Positions 17,492 to 26,091 of a stretch of DNA of 64,000 nucleotides are shown in pieces (the stretch's first letter is position 1; each line of letters begins with the position of its first letter). Origin of the DNA: Acidobacteriota bacterium (lineage in GTDB: Bacteria; Acidobacteriota; Terriglobia; Versatilivoradales; Versatilivoraceae); assembly GCA_022616615.1 (NCBI GenBank), contig JAKEER010000295.1, forward strand, positions 9,768 to 73,767, given 5' to 3'. The notes under the pieces were generated by a model. It was not told where the DNA came from. It searched no databases and was given only the letters and a program-made list of their open reading frames with translations. The translations under genes and the position numbers were made by a program.

Positions 17492-18817
17492 ATGTTTGAT
17501 CAGTTGTCACAAAAGCTTCAGAGGGTTTTCAAAAACTTGCGTGGTGAAGGGCGACTGACGGCCGAGCACATCGAAGAGGCGCTAAAAGAGATTCGCATGG
17601 CTCTGCTTGAGGCCGATGTGAATTTCAAAGTCGTCAAGCAGTTTGTCGAGTCCGTTAAGATCAAAGCCCTGGGACAAGATGTCTTGAGCAGCCTGACACC
17701 TGGCCAGCAGGTGATTAAGATCGTCCGGGATGAGCTAGTGGAGATGCTGGGCGGCGAGTCGGCCAGTCTGAATTTCCCGGCGAAACGTCCTAATGTTTTT
17801 CTAATCGTGGGGCTGCAGGGATCAGGAAAAACTACCTCCACGGGCAAGCTGGCGCGCTGGCTGAATCGCAACGGACACCGTGCTTTTCTGCTCTCCATCG
17901 ATATCTACCGGCCTGCAGCGCGCGCGCAGTTGGCCATTCTGGCCAAAGACCTCGGCGTGCCTGTCTATCCAGGGGTTGGAGCCGAAGACCCGCTGAAGCT
18001 TTGCCGGGCGGCCATGCGCGAGGCGGAAAATTCAGGATGCGACGTCTTGTTGATTGACACGGCTGGACGTTTGCACATCGACGAACAGTTGATGCAGGAA
18101 CTCCGGCAGGTGAAACAGGCCGTCGGCCCGGCGGAGATTTTGTTCGTAGCTGATGCGATGACCGGCCAGGATGCCGTCAAAAGTGCCCAGGAGTTTCACA
18201 CTCAGCTTGGCTTGACTGGCGTCATCCTCACCAAGATGGACGGCGACGCCCGTGGGGGTGCCGCGCTGTCTATCAAGGCCGTTACCGGACAGCCTGTGAA
18301 GTTCGTGGGTGTGGGGGAAAAGGCGGATGCGCTGGAGCCGTTTCATCCAGACCGGCTGGTTTCGCGTATCCTCGGAATGGGCGATGTACTCTCACTGATC
18401 GAGAAGGCGCAGGAAGCGATAGATCAGGAACAAGCCGTCGAACTGGAGAAGAAATTCCGTGAAGACTCATTCACCCTCGAAGACTTTCGTGATCAGCTTC
18501 GCCAGATGCGCAAGCTCGGCCCGCTGGAGCAGATTCTCGGGATGCTACCTCAGGTCGGCCCTTTCAAAGACCTGAATAGAGTGAAAGTGGATGAGAAAGA
18601 GCTGTTGCACGTCGAAGCGATCATCAACTCCATGACACCCAAAGAACGCGCGCATCACCAGATCATCAATGGCAGCCGCCGCAAGCGCATTGCCCGCGGC
18701 AGTGGCACGTCCGTCCAGAAGGTGAACCAGTTGCTCAAACAGTATGTTCAAGCGCGCAAGATGATGAAGCAAATGAGCAGCGGCATGATGGGCAGACTCG
18801 GACGGATGAAGTTTTGA
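17492..18817 (+). CDS. ffh: Signal recognition particle protein Ffh
   Basis: 441 aa. GLQGSGKTTSTGKLA, DTAGRL, TKMDGDARGGAALS, and a Met-rich M domain are present. Confidence 0.95.
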   Translation: MFDQLSQKLQRVFKNLRGEGRLTAEHIEEALKEIRMALLEADVNFKVVKQFVESVKIKALGQDVLSSLTPGQQVIKIVRDELVEMLGGESASLNFPAKRPNVFLIVGLQGSGKTTSTGKLARWLNRNGHRAFLLSIDIYRPAARAQLAILAKDLGVPVYPGVGAEDPLKLCRAAMREAENSGCDVLLIDTAGRLHIDEQLMQELRQVKQAVGPAEILFVADAMTGQDAVKSAQEFHTQLGLTGVILTKMDGDARGGAALSIKAVTGQPVKFVGVGEKADALEPFHPDRLVSRILGMGDVLSLIEKAQEAIDQEQAVELEKKFREDSFTLEDFRDQLRQMRKLGPLEQILGMLPQVGPFKDLNRVKVDEKELLHVEAIINSMTPKERAHHQIINGSRRKRIARGSGTSVQKVNQLLKQYVQARKMMKQMSSGMMGRLGRMKF

Positions 18818-18829
18818 AGCGCGAGTTTC

Positions 18830-18912
18830 GAAGCACGAAGTGTGAAGCATGGTCTTGAAGTGGAAAATGAGTGTTTCGAGCCGCGTACTTGGAAGTTTGT
18901 ACTTCGTGCTTC
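18830..18912. repeat. Heptamer-word palindrome downstream of ffh
   Basis: The arms gaagcacgaagt (18830-18841) and acttcgtgcttc (18901-18912) are 12 bp and perfect. The left flank reads as 7-nt words tgaagcg|cgagttt|cgaagca|cgaagtg|tgaagca. Confidence 0.85.
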
Positions 18913-18915
18913 CAA

Positions 18916-19335
18916 GTGGAGTTCAGAGAATTGCCTTCCCAACCTAATCAATCCGAGGGTGATCCGGCATCGCCGGCCACGGTCCTGGTCGTTGATGACG
19001 AGCCTGCCATTCGGAGTTTGTTAACGCGGTTTCTCAGCAAATCCGGCTACACCGTCTTGGAGAGCGCAGATGGACGGGACGCTCTGGAGCAGCTGCGTCA
19101 GCGCAAAGTGGATCTTCTCATTTCGGATATCGTCATGCCGGAAAGGGATGGGTTGGAGGTCCTGCGATCTCTACGGAACGATTTTGCAGGATTGAAGGTC
19201 ATCGTTATGTCGGGTGCTTTTGATGGAAGGTTTCTCAGGACTGCCGAGATGCTGGGCGCTCACGCCACGCTGCAAAAACCGTTGCGCCTGGACGCTGTGT
19301 TTGAGACCGTACGCCAAGTGCTCGGAATGGATTGA
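18916..19335 (+). CDS. Single-domain response regulator (CheY-like receiver)
   Basis: VLVVDDEPAIRSLL...DLLISDIVMPERDGLEVL...KVIVMSG...LQKP. The start is uncertain: GTG 18871, GTG 18916 or TTG 18931. Confidence 0.8.
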   Translation: MEFRELPSQPNQSEGDPASPATVLVVDDEPAIRSLLTRFLSKSGYTVLESADGRDALEQLRQRKVDLLISDIVMPERDGLEVLRSLRNDFAGLKVIVMSGAFDGRFLRTAEMLGAHATLQKPLRLDAVFETVRQVLGMD

Positions 19336-19340
19336 GTCTT

Positions 19341-19381
19341 GAAGTGCGAAGTTCGAAGTGCAAAAGGAGTTCGCGCACTTC
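19341..19381. terminator. Hairpin between convergent genes (bidirectional terminator candidate), GAAGTGC word family
   Basis: gaagtgcg (19341-19348) pairs with cgcacttc (19374-19381). The words read gaagtgc|gaagttc|gaagtgc. It lies between the response regulator stop (19335) and the stop of the minus-strand gene (19383). Confidence 0.5.
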
Positions 19382-19382
19382 G

Positions 19383-20405
19383 CTAGCTTTTCTGCACGAG
19401 TTCTCTCAATCGGAGCAGGACTTCAGCAGAGATATCATTCGGCACTGAGCAGCCGGGCGACAGGATAAAGCGGCGTTTCTGCATGGCCAGGGTTGCGGCG
19501 TGAACGTCGTTAGCGAGTTCCTCTGGCATTTGGCTCGCGATCTTTCCTTCGTTCAAGCCACCCATCAAAGTTCCCGTAAATTTTCTTCGGATGTCAGACA
19601 GGCCGATGCCGGTTCCATGAGCTGAATAATTCATCACCTGGACCGGATAAGTGACCAGAGTGTCCCAGTGCGGCTTGTTGCCGTGAACGTGAAGCACATT
19701 GAGAATGCTTTTGTCTCTGACAGCCTCGAGGATGATGAGATCTGATTCGCGACCCATCTTGACGTAGTCTTGCGGGTCTGTCACAAAGTGATCGGCTGCT
19801 GACACCGCCAGAAAGATGCCCGCTGCCCCAGCATCCAGGGCCAGCCGTGCGTGGTTAACCTGGGACTCTGAGATCGCCCGGAGAACAGTCTTGAACAGCT
19901 TTGGGTCGTTTTCCTTCAGTTGCGCCAGATCCTTCTTTGACGAGAGCTTCTCAGCGACATTCCAGGATTGAAAAATCGTCTCAACGAACAGCGCCTGTCC
20001 TTTCAATTCCTTGTTGATCAGCCGCAGCGCCTTGATCTGTTCCGGAAAGGGGTTCTTGAGCGGCTCGAGTCTTTGCCAGTCTTCCGGCTCAGAGATTTTA
20101 TCCAGCCCCTCCGGCGGCGGGTAGGGGGAATCGCTCATGACTTTGAGCAAATCGACGTCAAACTTTCGGTAGAAATCGAGCGTTGCCTCTGCGTGTTTTT
20201 CACCAGGCAATTTCTCCAGTCCGAAATGATGCCAGCAGGTGAAGGGCACGCGGTCAACGCGCTCTCCCCGCAAGGCGGCTCTAACCCGTTCGACCTTGCC
20301 CATGTGAGATCTCCCACTGGCCAGTAGGGCTGGGCCGGCGGTGCTGGCAGAGGCGAGAACGCTGGCAAGCTTGAGAAAGTCCCGGCGCGAAAGTGCGCTT
20401 CCCAT
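19383..20405 (-). CDS. Uroporphyrinogen decarboxylase (URO-D) family protein with a twin-arginine signal
   Basis: The start was moved to ATG 20405: MGSALSRRDFLKLASVLASASTAGPALLA matches the Tat consensus SRRxFLK. The body has URO-D/MtaA-like motifs (RVPFTCWHHF, LHVHGN, ILSPGCSVP). Confidence 0.6.
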   Translation of the reverse strand: MGSALSRRDFLKLASVLASASTAGPALLASGRSHMGKVERVRAALRGERVDRVPFTCWHHFGLEKLPGEKHAEATLDFYRKFDVDLLKVMSDSPYPPPEGLDKISEPEDWQRLEPLKNPFPEQIKALRLINKELKGQALFVETIFQSWNVAEKLSSKKDLAQLKENDPKLFKTVLRAISESQVNHARLALDAGAAGIFLAVSAADHFVTDPQDYVKMGRESDLIILEAVRDKSILNVLHVHGNKPHWDTLVTYPVQVMNYSAHGTGIGLSDIRRKFTGTLMGGLNEGKIASQMPEELANDVHAATLAMQKRRFILSPGCSVPNDISAEVLLRLRELVQKS

Positions 20406-20487
20406 TGTGTCAGTGTCCTTTCCATACGGACTGCGACGAGGGGCATTGTAGCATTTCGATCCGGAAAGTCGCGAAGTTTGGGTTATA

Positions 20488-20507
20488 CTCTCGAACTTTT
20501 CGAGAGG
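20488..20507. promoter_or_regulatory. Palindrome in a divergent promoter region (possible operator)
   Basis: ctctcgaa-ctt-ttcgagag has 8-bp perfect arms. It lies between the divergent starts at 20405 (-) and 20520 (+). Confidence 0.3.
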
Positions 20508-20519
20508 CAGAGCAACACG

Positions 20520-21617
20520 ATGGCGATGCATTTTTATGGCCGAAAGAACGCGGTTGGCGGTGCTGTAAACAGGCCGAGGGAGGCCGATCGGGCGCTGCTT
20601 GTGGCGGTCTTGGTCTTGCTGGCAGCAGTGTCTCTGGCCAGCTGCCAAACCCAACGGGCCGGTCCTCGCCCCAGGCTCCGACTCGGTTATTTTGCCAACT
20701 TGACTCATGCGCAGGCGCTGATTGGCCTTGCCAATGGAGAGTTTCAGAGACACCTGGGCTCCCACGTCGAGTTTGTTCCGAAACTCTTCGGTTCGGGCCC
20801 AGCGGCCATTGAAGCTTTGCTGGCAGACGAGGTTGATCTGACCTATGTGGGGCCTTCCCCGGCGATCAACGGATTTATCCGGTCGGAAGGGAAAGCGCTG
20901 CGCGTGATCGCAGGCGCTGCTCAGGGCGGCGCGGTTTTCGTGCGGCGAGCCGATGTTGTCTTAAATCGGAAGGAGGATTTCGCCGGGAAACGTTTCGCTT
21001 CGCCTCAGATTGGCAACACCCAGGATATCTCGCTGCGAACGTATCTCGCCGAGATGGGGCACTTCACCAAGGAGAGGGGCGGAAGCGTCGAGGTTTTGCC
21101 AATGGCCAACGCGGACATCCTGACGCTCTTTCTGCGCCAAGAGCTGGATGGGGCTTGGGTTCCAGAGCCCTGGGGCGCCATTCTCGTTCATCGTGCACAG
21201 GCCGTAATTTTGGTGGATGAGCGCGACCTGTGGCCTAACCGAAGGTTTGCTACCACGCTCCTTGTGGCTTCCCAGAAGGTCCTGGATGAAAAGCCCGAAT
21301 GGGTGCAGCACTTTGTGAACGCCCATGTGGAACTCACCCACTGGATTCAGGGGCATCACCAGGAAATCGGACAGCTCCTCAATCAGGAACTTGCCAGGCA
21401 TACGCGGAAGCGCCTCGACGAAGGAATCCTTGCTGATGCCTTGAGTCGGTTGGAAGTGACTTTTGATCCGCTGCCGGATTCACTGGAGACGTTCTTTAAA
21501 CGCGCGAGAAAACTGCGGTACTTGAAGAAAGGCGACCTCAAGGGAATTCTGGAACTCCGCTACCTAGAACAGGCCCGTAGGGAAGCAGACGCTGCGGCGA
21601 ACTTTCCGACCCACTGA
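20520..21617 (+). CDS. ABC transporter substrate-binding lipoprotein, NitT/TauT (sulfonate/nitrate/taurine) family
   Basis: Lipobox LLAAVSLASC. RLGYFANLTHAQALIG and the NMT1/SsuA-like body fit the family. The start was moved to ATG 20520. Confidence 0.6.
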   Translation: MAMHFYGRKNAVGGAVNRPREADRALLVAVLVLLAAVSLASCQTQRAGPRPRLRLGYFANLTHAQALIGLANGEFQRHLGSHVEFVPKLFGSGPAAIEALLADEVDLTYVGPSPAINGFIRSEGKALRVIAGAAQGGAVFVRRADVVLNRKEDFAGKRFASPQIGNTQDISLRTYLAEMGHFTKERGGSVEVLPMANADILTLFLRQELDGAWVPEPWGAILVHRAQAVILVDERDLWPNRRFATTLLVASQKVLDEKPEWVQHFVNAHVELTHWIQGHHQEIGQLLNQELARHTRKRLDEGILADALSRLEVTFDPLPDSLETFFKRARKLRYLKKGDLKGILELRYLEQARREADAAANFPTH

Positions 21618-21665
21618 GCACCTTCAGTTGTGCCGGGCGCCGACCTGCGCTGGTGAACCCTGGAT

Positions 21666-21978
21666 CTAGCTGCCAGGCTCAATGCCGACTGAATGGGCCA
21701 AGTATTTGCGGAATTGCAGAATCATCGATATCACACGCTGATGTTTTTGGGTATTGACGTCGTGAAACTGGAATCCGTTTAGGGCGTCGTAAAGACTGTT
21801 TCGGACTCCTGCGACAATGTCTCCGGTGGCCGACGGCTTCGTTGAGTTGCTGCAGGTTCTGGATGAGCGGATTGATTCTGCCAAGGGCGTCTTCGAGCAT
21901 TGTCATGGCTTCGAGGGCGCCTTTTTTGGAATGGCGGTCGATGTCGGTCAACTCTCCAAAAAGACTCTGCCTTTCCAA
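21666..21978 (-). pseudogene. Small helical protein apparently split by a frameshift near 21826-21838 (or an assembly error)
   Basis: ORF 21679-21978 looks protein-like only up to ...LIQNLQQLNEAVGH. ORF 21666-21884 looks protein-like only from GDIVAGVRNSLYDALNGFQFHDVNTQKHQRVISMILQFRKYL. Joining them gives a ~104-aa product. Confidence 0.35.
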
Positions 21979-22090
21979 TCGCGTTCAACTCCTCTTCATT
22001 TTCAGAATCTTTGCATGCCAGCCTTTCGCTGCGAACGACAAAGGACGGCGGCCCGAAGCAAGAGAGCGGGCATCACTCCTCCCGTTGCCT

Positions 22091-23437
22091 CTAAGCGGAT
22101 TCCTGCATGAATGCGATTTCCTCTTCAAAGGTCAATCCCATGCCCAGATCCAGCTCCGACACACCGAGCGCCAAGCCCATGCCACCCCCCAGCTCATTCT
22201 TGTCAAAACAGCCTCTTTCCAAAGCCCGGATGACCTGCTGCACGGTGTTCCGCATGTTGTCGGGTGTTTGGTCCAGGGTTGCTTCGTTAATAAGATTCAA
22301 GAGATCGAGATAAAAGCTGGATTGGCCATAGACCACGAGCTTATTGAGGCTCTCCCGGGCATCCCGCACTTCATTGGCGCGCAACTGCACAAGGACTAGC
22401 CTCTTCAAGTAGCCTTCCAGTTTTTCCTTGTCGTTCATTCGAATGAGAACGGTGATCAAGGTTCTGAGCAAACGGCCGTTGGTCTCGTCGAGTTCGAGCA
22501 GGGAATCGAGCAGCACCTTCAACGTGCTCTCATCGCGGAGTCGGATAGAGGTTTCGAAGATGTCTTCCACGATTTCGAGACTGGCATTCAAGTCCTTCCT
22601 CACAATTAGCCCTTCCAAGATCTTGAGGGCCGGCTTGTAGAGAGTGGGGCATTGCCGCACGCTGCCCTGAATCAACTGCCGGGCTGTCTCGAAACTGCCG
22701 TCCTGCAGGAACATCTCCGATAGGACTAACTTGAACTCCGGATCCTGATCCAGCGCCAGAGCGTTGAGATACTCCAAGCCGCGTTGAGTAAGATCGATCT
22801 TTTGAAGCAGGAGAAAAAAAGACTTCGCTGTATCTTTGTCCTTCGGCTGTAACCGAAAGATGTTCTCCGCAACCTGAGCCGCGGCCATCGAGTTTCCCTG
22901 TTGCGCATAAAGTGTGGCGCTTTGCAGGAAGCCTCTAACAGCGTCGGTGATGTTTCCGCTGAACTCCAGCGACTCGGCCAGAATCCTCTGGCTCTCAGCA
23001 CAGCTGGGATCCAAACTACAGATCTTTTTCAGAATCGTGATGGATTCCGCATACTCATTGAGGCCCATTTTCAGCTTTGCCAACATCTGGTAGTGGGTCT
23101 TCGCATTCTGAGCCTGTCCCTGCCGCTCGCAGAGTTGGGCCAGTAGTGTCATGGCTTCCTGATTCTTGGGAGAGAGCTTCAGAATCTTCCGATAGGTTGC
23201 CATCGCGTTCGAGTGCAGCTCGCGGTATTCGAACGCTTCGGCCAGCTTGTGATACCAGACTAAGGCATTGTCCTTGTCGTCCAGTCGGACATAAAGGTCG
23301 CCGATTGTGTTGACAATGGTTGTATCGTCAGGTTCCGACTCGTGAATCTTAAGGTACTGCTCTAGAGCCAGTGTCAGCTTACCCAGGACAATGTATTTGC
23401 CAGCCTGTTGAAGGAGTTTGTCAGTTTTGGGATTCAT
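22091..23437 (-). CDS. Tetratricopeptide (TPR) repeat protein
   Basis: 448 aa from ATG 23437, preceded by gagagag. It contains multiple TPR-like helical repeats (A..Y.K.L...P.....A...LA..Y). Confidence 0.7.
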   Translation of the reverse strand: MNPKTDKLLQQAGKYIVLGKLTLALEQYLKIHESEPDDTTIVNTIGDLYVRLDDKDNALVWYHKLAEAFEYRELHSNAMATYRKILKLSPKNQEAMTLLAQLCERQGQAQNAKTHYQMLAKLKMGLNEYAESITILKKICSLDPSCAESQRILAESLEFSGNITDAVRGFLQSATLYAQQGNSMAAAQVAENIFRLQPKDKDTAKSFFLLLQKIDLTQRGLEYLNALALDQDPEFKLVLSEMFLQDGSFETARQLIQGSVRQCPTLYKPALKILEGLIVRKDLNASLEIVEDIFETSIRLRDESTLKVLLDSLLELDETNGRLLRTLITVLIRMNDKEKLEGYLKRLVLVQLRANEVRDARESLNKLVVYGQSSFYLDLLNLINEATLDQTPDNMRNTVQQVIRALERGCFDKNELGGGMGLALGVSELDLGMGLTFEEEIAFMQESA

Positions 23438-23825
23438 GATTTTGCTCTCTCTCGATCCGTTTAGTTGCTGCCTCTTTCGCCAACCCATAAATCACGCCAT
23501 CTGCCAAAACGTAGCTTTGGCTTAAGTATCTGTTACAGAACGCCTTAGGCGACAGGTTTATCTGGCTTGGATTTTTGACCGAAGATGCAATGTCCGAAAA
23601 TCGGTCATTCTGTTATCTCGGTCTTGCTAGGACTCTCTCAAGGGGGCTGGGCGCACTCAAGTGTCGTCCTGGCTGGGGGCTAGGCTGACCGGGGGTTTTC
23701 GAACAGACCCGAGAACCGTACAGACTAGACAGCCCTGCTCGCCCTGCCGGCCTTGGCCGTTGCCTTTCGGAAACCAAAGGCATAGGATGGCGCCTTCCTA
23801 ACCGGCTGTTGGGATCTCAAGTACT

Positions 23826-24815
23826 GTGACGACACGTTTAGCCCTCATCAGTCTGGAACACGTTCATGCGGGGCATTACCTGACCTCCCTCAAGCGCCTG
23901 CCCGGCGTGGATGTGGTCGCCGTGGCCGAATCCGATGCGCGGCGGCTCTTTGCCCATGCCGGCCTGCTCGAGGGACTTTCGGTGATTCCCGACTACCATG
24001 TGCTCCTCGGTTCGGGCGTTGTCGACGGCGTCCTGGTCTGTTCGGCCAACAGTCGCCACAAGGAGATGGTTCTTGATTTTGCCAGGACGAATGTTCCAAT
24101 CCTCTGCGAGAAGCCCATTGCGACTCAGGCTGCGGACGCGCGGGAGATGCTGGCAATCTGCCAAGCCCATGATGTTCCACTAGGAATCTGTTTCCCGGTT
24201 CGCTTCAGCGAGCCGTTGCGCCACGCGAAGCGGTTGATCAAGCATGGAAACCTTGGCCAGGTGGTCGCCGTCAAAGCGACCAACCATGGCACGATGCCGG
24301 GAGATTGGTTTACCGACCCGCAGCTTTCGGGCGGCGGCGCGGTCATGGACCACACGGTTCACGTTGTTGACGCGCTACGCTGGCTGTTCGAGGCAGAGTT
24401 CACTCAGGTGTTCGCTCACGCAGCCCGCCGGCTTCATGCGATTCCGGTGGAAGATGTGGGTCTTCTCACGCTGGAGATGAGCAACGAAGTGTTTGTCACG
24501 CTGGACACAAGTTGGTCGCGCCCCAATCAGTCCTTTCCGATCTGGGGTGACTGCAATTTGGAGATCATTGGAACCGGCGGGGTCCTGAGTCTGGAGCTGT
24601 TTCCTTGGACTCTCAACCATTACTCGGAATCTGCGGGCAAACATTCGGCTGAGGCTCGCGACGGAGACCTCAGCTTGCGTCTCCTGGAAAACTTCCTCTG
24701 GACGATTCAGGGCCGGGCCGAGCTGTCGGCCACTGGCGTAGATGGATTGCGGGCCCTGGAGGTAGTGGAAGCGGCGTATAAGTCGGTCGCCACACAACAA
24801 GTAGTGCCGCTGTGA
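23826..24815 (+). CDS. Gfo/Idh/MocA family oxidoreductase
   Basis: 329 aa with an N-terminal Rossmann region, the EKP motif (ILCEKPIA) and the typical C-terminal alpha/beta domain. Confidence 0.85.
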   Translation: MTTRLALISLEHVHAGHYLTSLKRLPGVDVVAVAESDARRLFAHAGLLEGLSVIPDYHVLLGSGVVDGVLVCSANSRHKEMVLDFARTNVPILCEKPIATQAADAREMLAICQAHDVPLGICFPVRFSEPLRHAKRLIKHGNLGQVVAVKATNHGTMPGDWFTDPQLSGGGAVMDHTVHVVDALRWLFEAEFTQVFAHAARRLHAIPVEDVGLLTLEMSNEVFVTLDTSWSRPNQSFPIWGDCNLEIIGTGGVLSLELFPWTLNHYSESAGKHSAEARDGDLSLRLLENFLWTIQGRAELSATGVDGLRALEVVEAAYKSVATQQVVPL

Positions 24816-24853
24816 GGTCTATAGTTAGGGCGTGAATCACGCGCCCAGCAGGC

Positions 24854-24930
24854 GAAGATCTGAGATCGCAGATTTGAAATTTCAAATGGTTACTCAGCAC
24901 GCAAACCACAGATCGAAATCTCAAATCAAC
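24854..24930. repeat. Heptamer-word array with an internal palindrome at the junction of the two Gfo/Idh/MocA genes
   Basis: The words read gaagatc|tgagatc|gcagatt|tgaaatt|tcaaatg. The palindrome is atttgaaatttcaaat. A second cluster, cagatcgaaatctcaaatca, lies at 24908-24928. Confidence 0.8.
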
Positions 24931-25914
24931 CTGGCGATTCTGGGCGCTGGCAATATGGGACGGCGTCTGGCCAAGTCTTTTCAGGGCATTCCAGAGGTTT
25001 TAATCAAGTACGTTTACAGCCGCGCCCTGGCTCAGGCAGATAGTCTTGCCAGTCTGCACGGCGCGAGGGCCGTGAAGGAAACTGCCAGGATATTCGAAGA
25101 CACTGAAGTCGATGTTGTCGTCCTTTGCCTTCCGACCTTTACTCGACTCGAAACTCTGAAGCCGGCGCTGGAGTTTGGCAAACACGTCTTTTGCGAGAAG
25201 CCGCTGGCTCTCAATCAAGCGATGGCGGATGAAATGCGGGACTTGCTGGCGGGCTATCCACAGACGGTCATGGTGGGTCAGGTTCTTCGATTCTTCTGGG
25301 AATACGCACGACTTCGTGCGCGAGTGTTAGCGGGAGACGTCGGCCAAGTTGGAACGGTGCGCCTTTCGCGTTGCGTGGGATATCCGGGCGCCGAGTCGTG
25401 GTTTGCCGATCCCGACAAGAGTGGTGGCGTTATTCTCGATCTCTTGATCCATGATCTGGACTTTCTGCGCTGGACGTTCGGCGAGGTGAAACAAGTATTT
25501 GCAAAGGCATTGACACATAGCCAGCGTGGAAAACTTGATTACGCATTGTTGAACCTGCTACTCCAATCTGGCGCCTTGGCGCACATCGAGGGAAGCTGGG
25601 CTCACCCGGTCGGCAGCTTTCATCAAACTGTGGAGATCTGTGGCAGTCTTGGAATGCTGCACTACGACAATCTAACCTGCCAAAATCTGAAGGTGGTCTC
25701 GACTGCCGAGGCGGAAACGGGTCCCAGCTCGCGCATCTCGCTGCCGGAAGCGGATCCGAGCAACGATCCCTACGTTGCCGAGGCTCGTCACTTCATTGAC
25801 TGCATCCGCAATCAGCGCAAACCTGATGTGCCCGCCGAAGACTCTCTAAAGTCCTGCGAGCTGGCATTCCGCTGCATCGAATCGGCTCGGCAAGGCGTGC
25901 CTCTGCCAGTGTAG
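24886..25914 (+). CDS. Gfo/Idh/MocA family oxidoreductase
   Basis: INLAILGAGNMGRR (Rossmann) and FCEKPLA (EKP motif). The start ATG 24886 lies inside the word repeat, so the start is uncertain. Confidence 0.85.
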   Translation: MVTQHANHRSKSQINLAILGAGNMGRRLAKSFQGIPEVLIKYVYSRALAQADSLASLHGARAVKETARIFEDTEVDVVVLCLPTFTRLETLKPALEFGKHVFCEKPLALNQAMADEMRDLLAGYPQTVMVGQVLRFFWEYARLRARVLAGDVGQVGTVRLSRCVGYPGAESWFADPDKSGGVILDLLIHDLDFLRWTFGEVKQVFAKALTHSQRGKLDYALLNLLLQSGALAHIEGSWAHPVGSFHQTVEICGSLGMLHYDNLTCQNLKVVSTAEAETGPSSRISLPEADPSNDPYVAEARHFIDCIRNQRKPDVPAEDSLKSCELAFRCIESARQGVPLPV

Positions 25915-26091
25915 CGTCCGGTTTGGAGCGGGACGCAGAGCGGAAGAGGTTCTTCATAGTGCTGCGCAGCTTCGACCTGACTGCCTCGCTTGGATGGTTC
26001 AACTGAATTGACATCCCCAACCGACTTGCATAGCATTGGCCCGTTTTCTCGCGACAATCTGTCCTGCATGGCTGTTGTAAGGAGAGCACTC

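Noticed and set aside
20406-20765. The upstream 120 codons of ORF 19383-20765(-), and similar long 5' extensions in the ORF track (13547, 25990, 28924, 43275, 54453, 61813, 40467-41399).
   Set aside because: Each extension is non-protein-like and overlaps a neighbouring gene or spacer repeats. An internal ATG with an RBS and a family-typical N-terminus or signal peptide gives a better model in each case.
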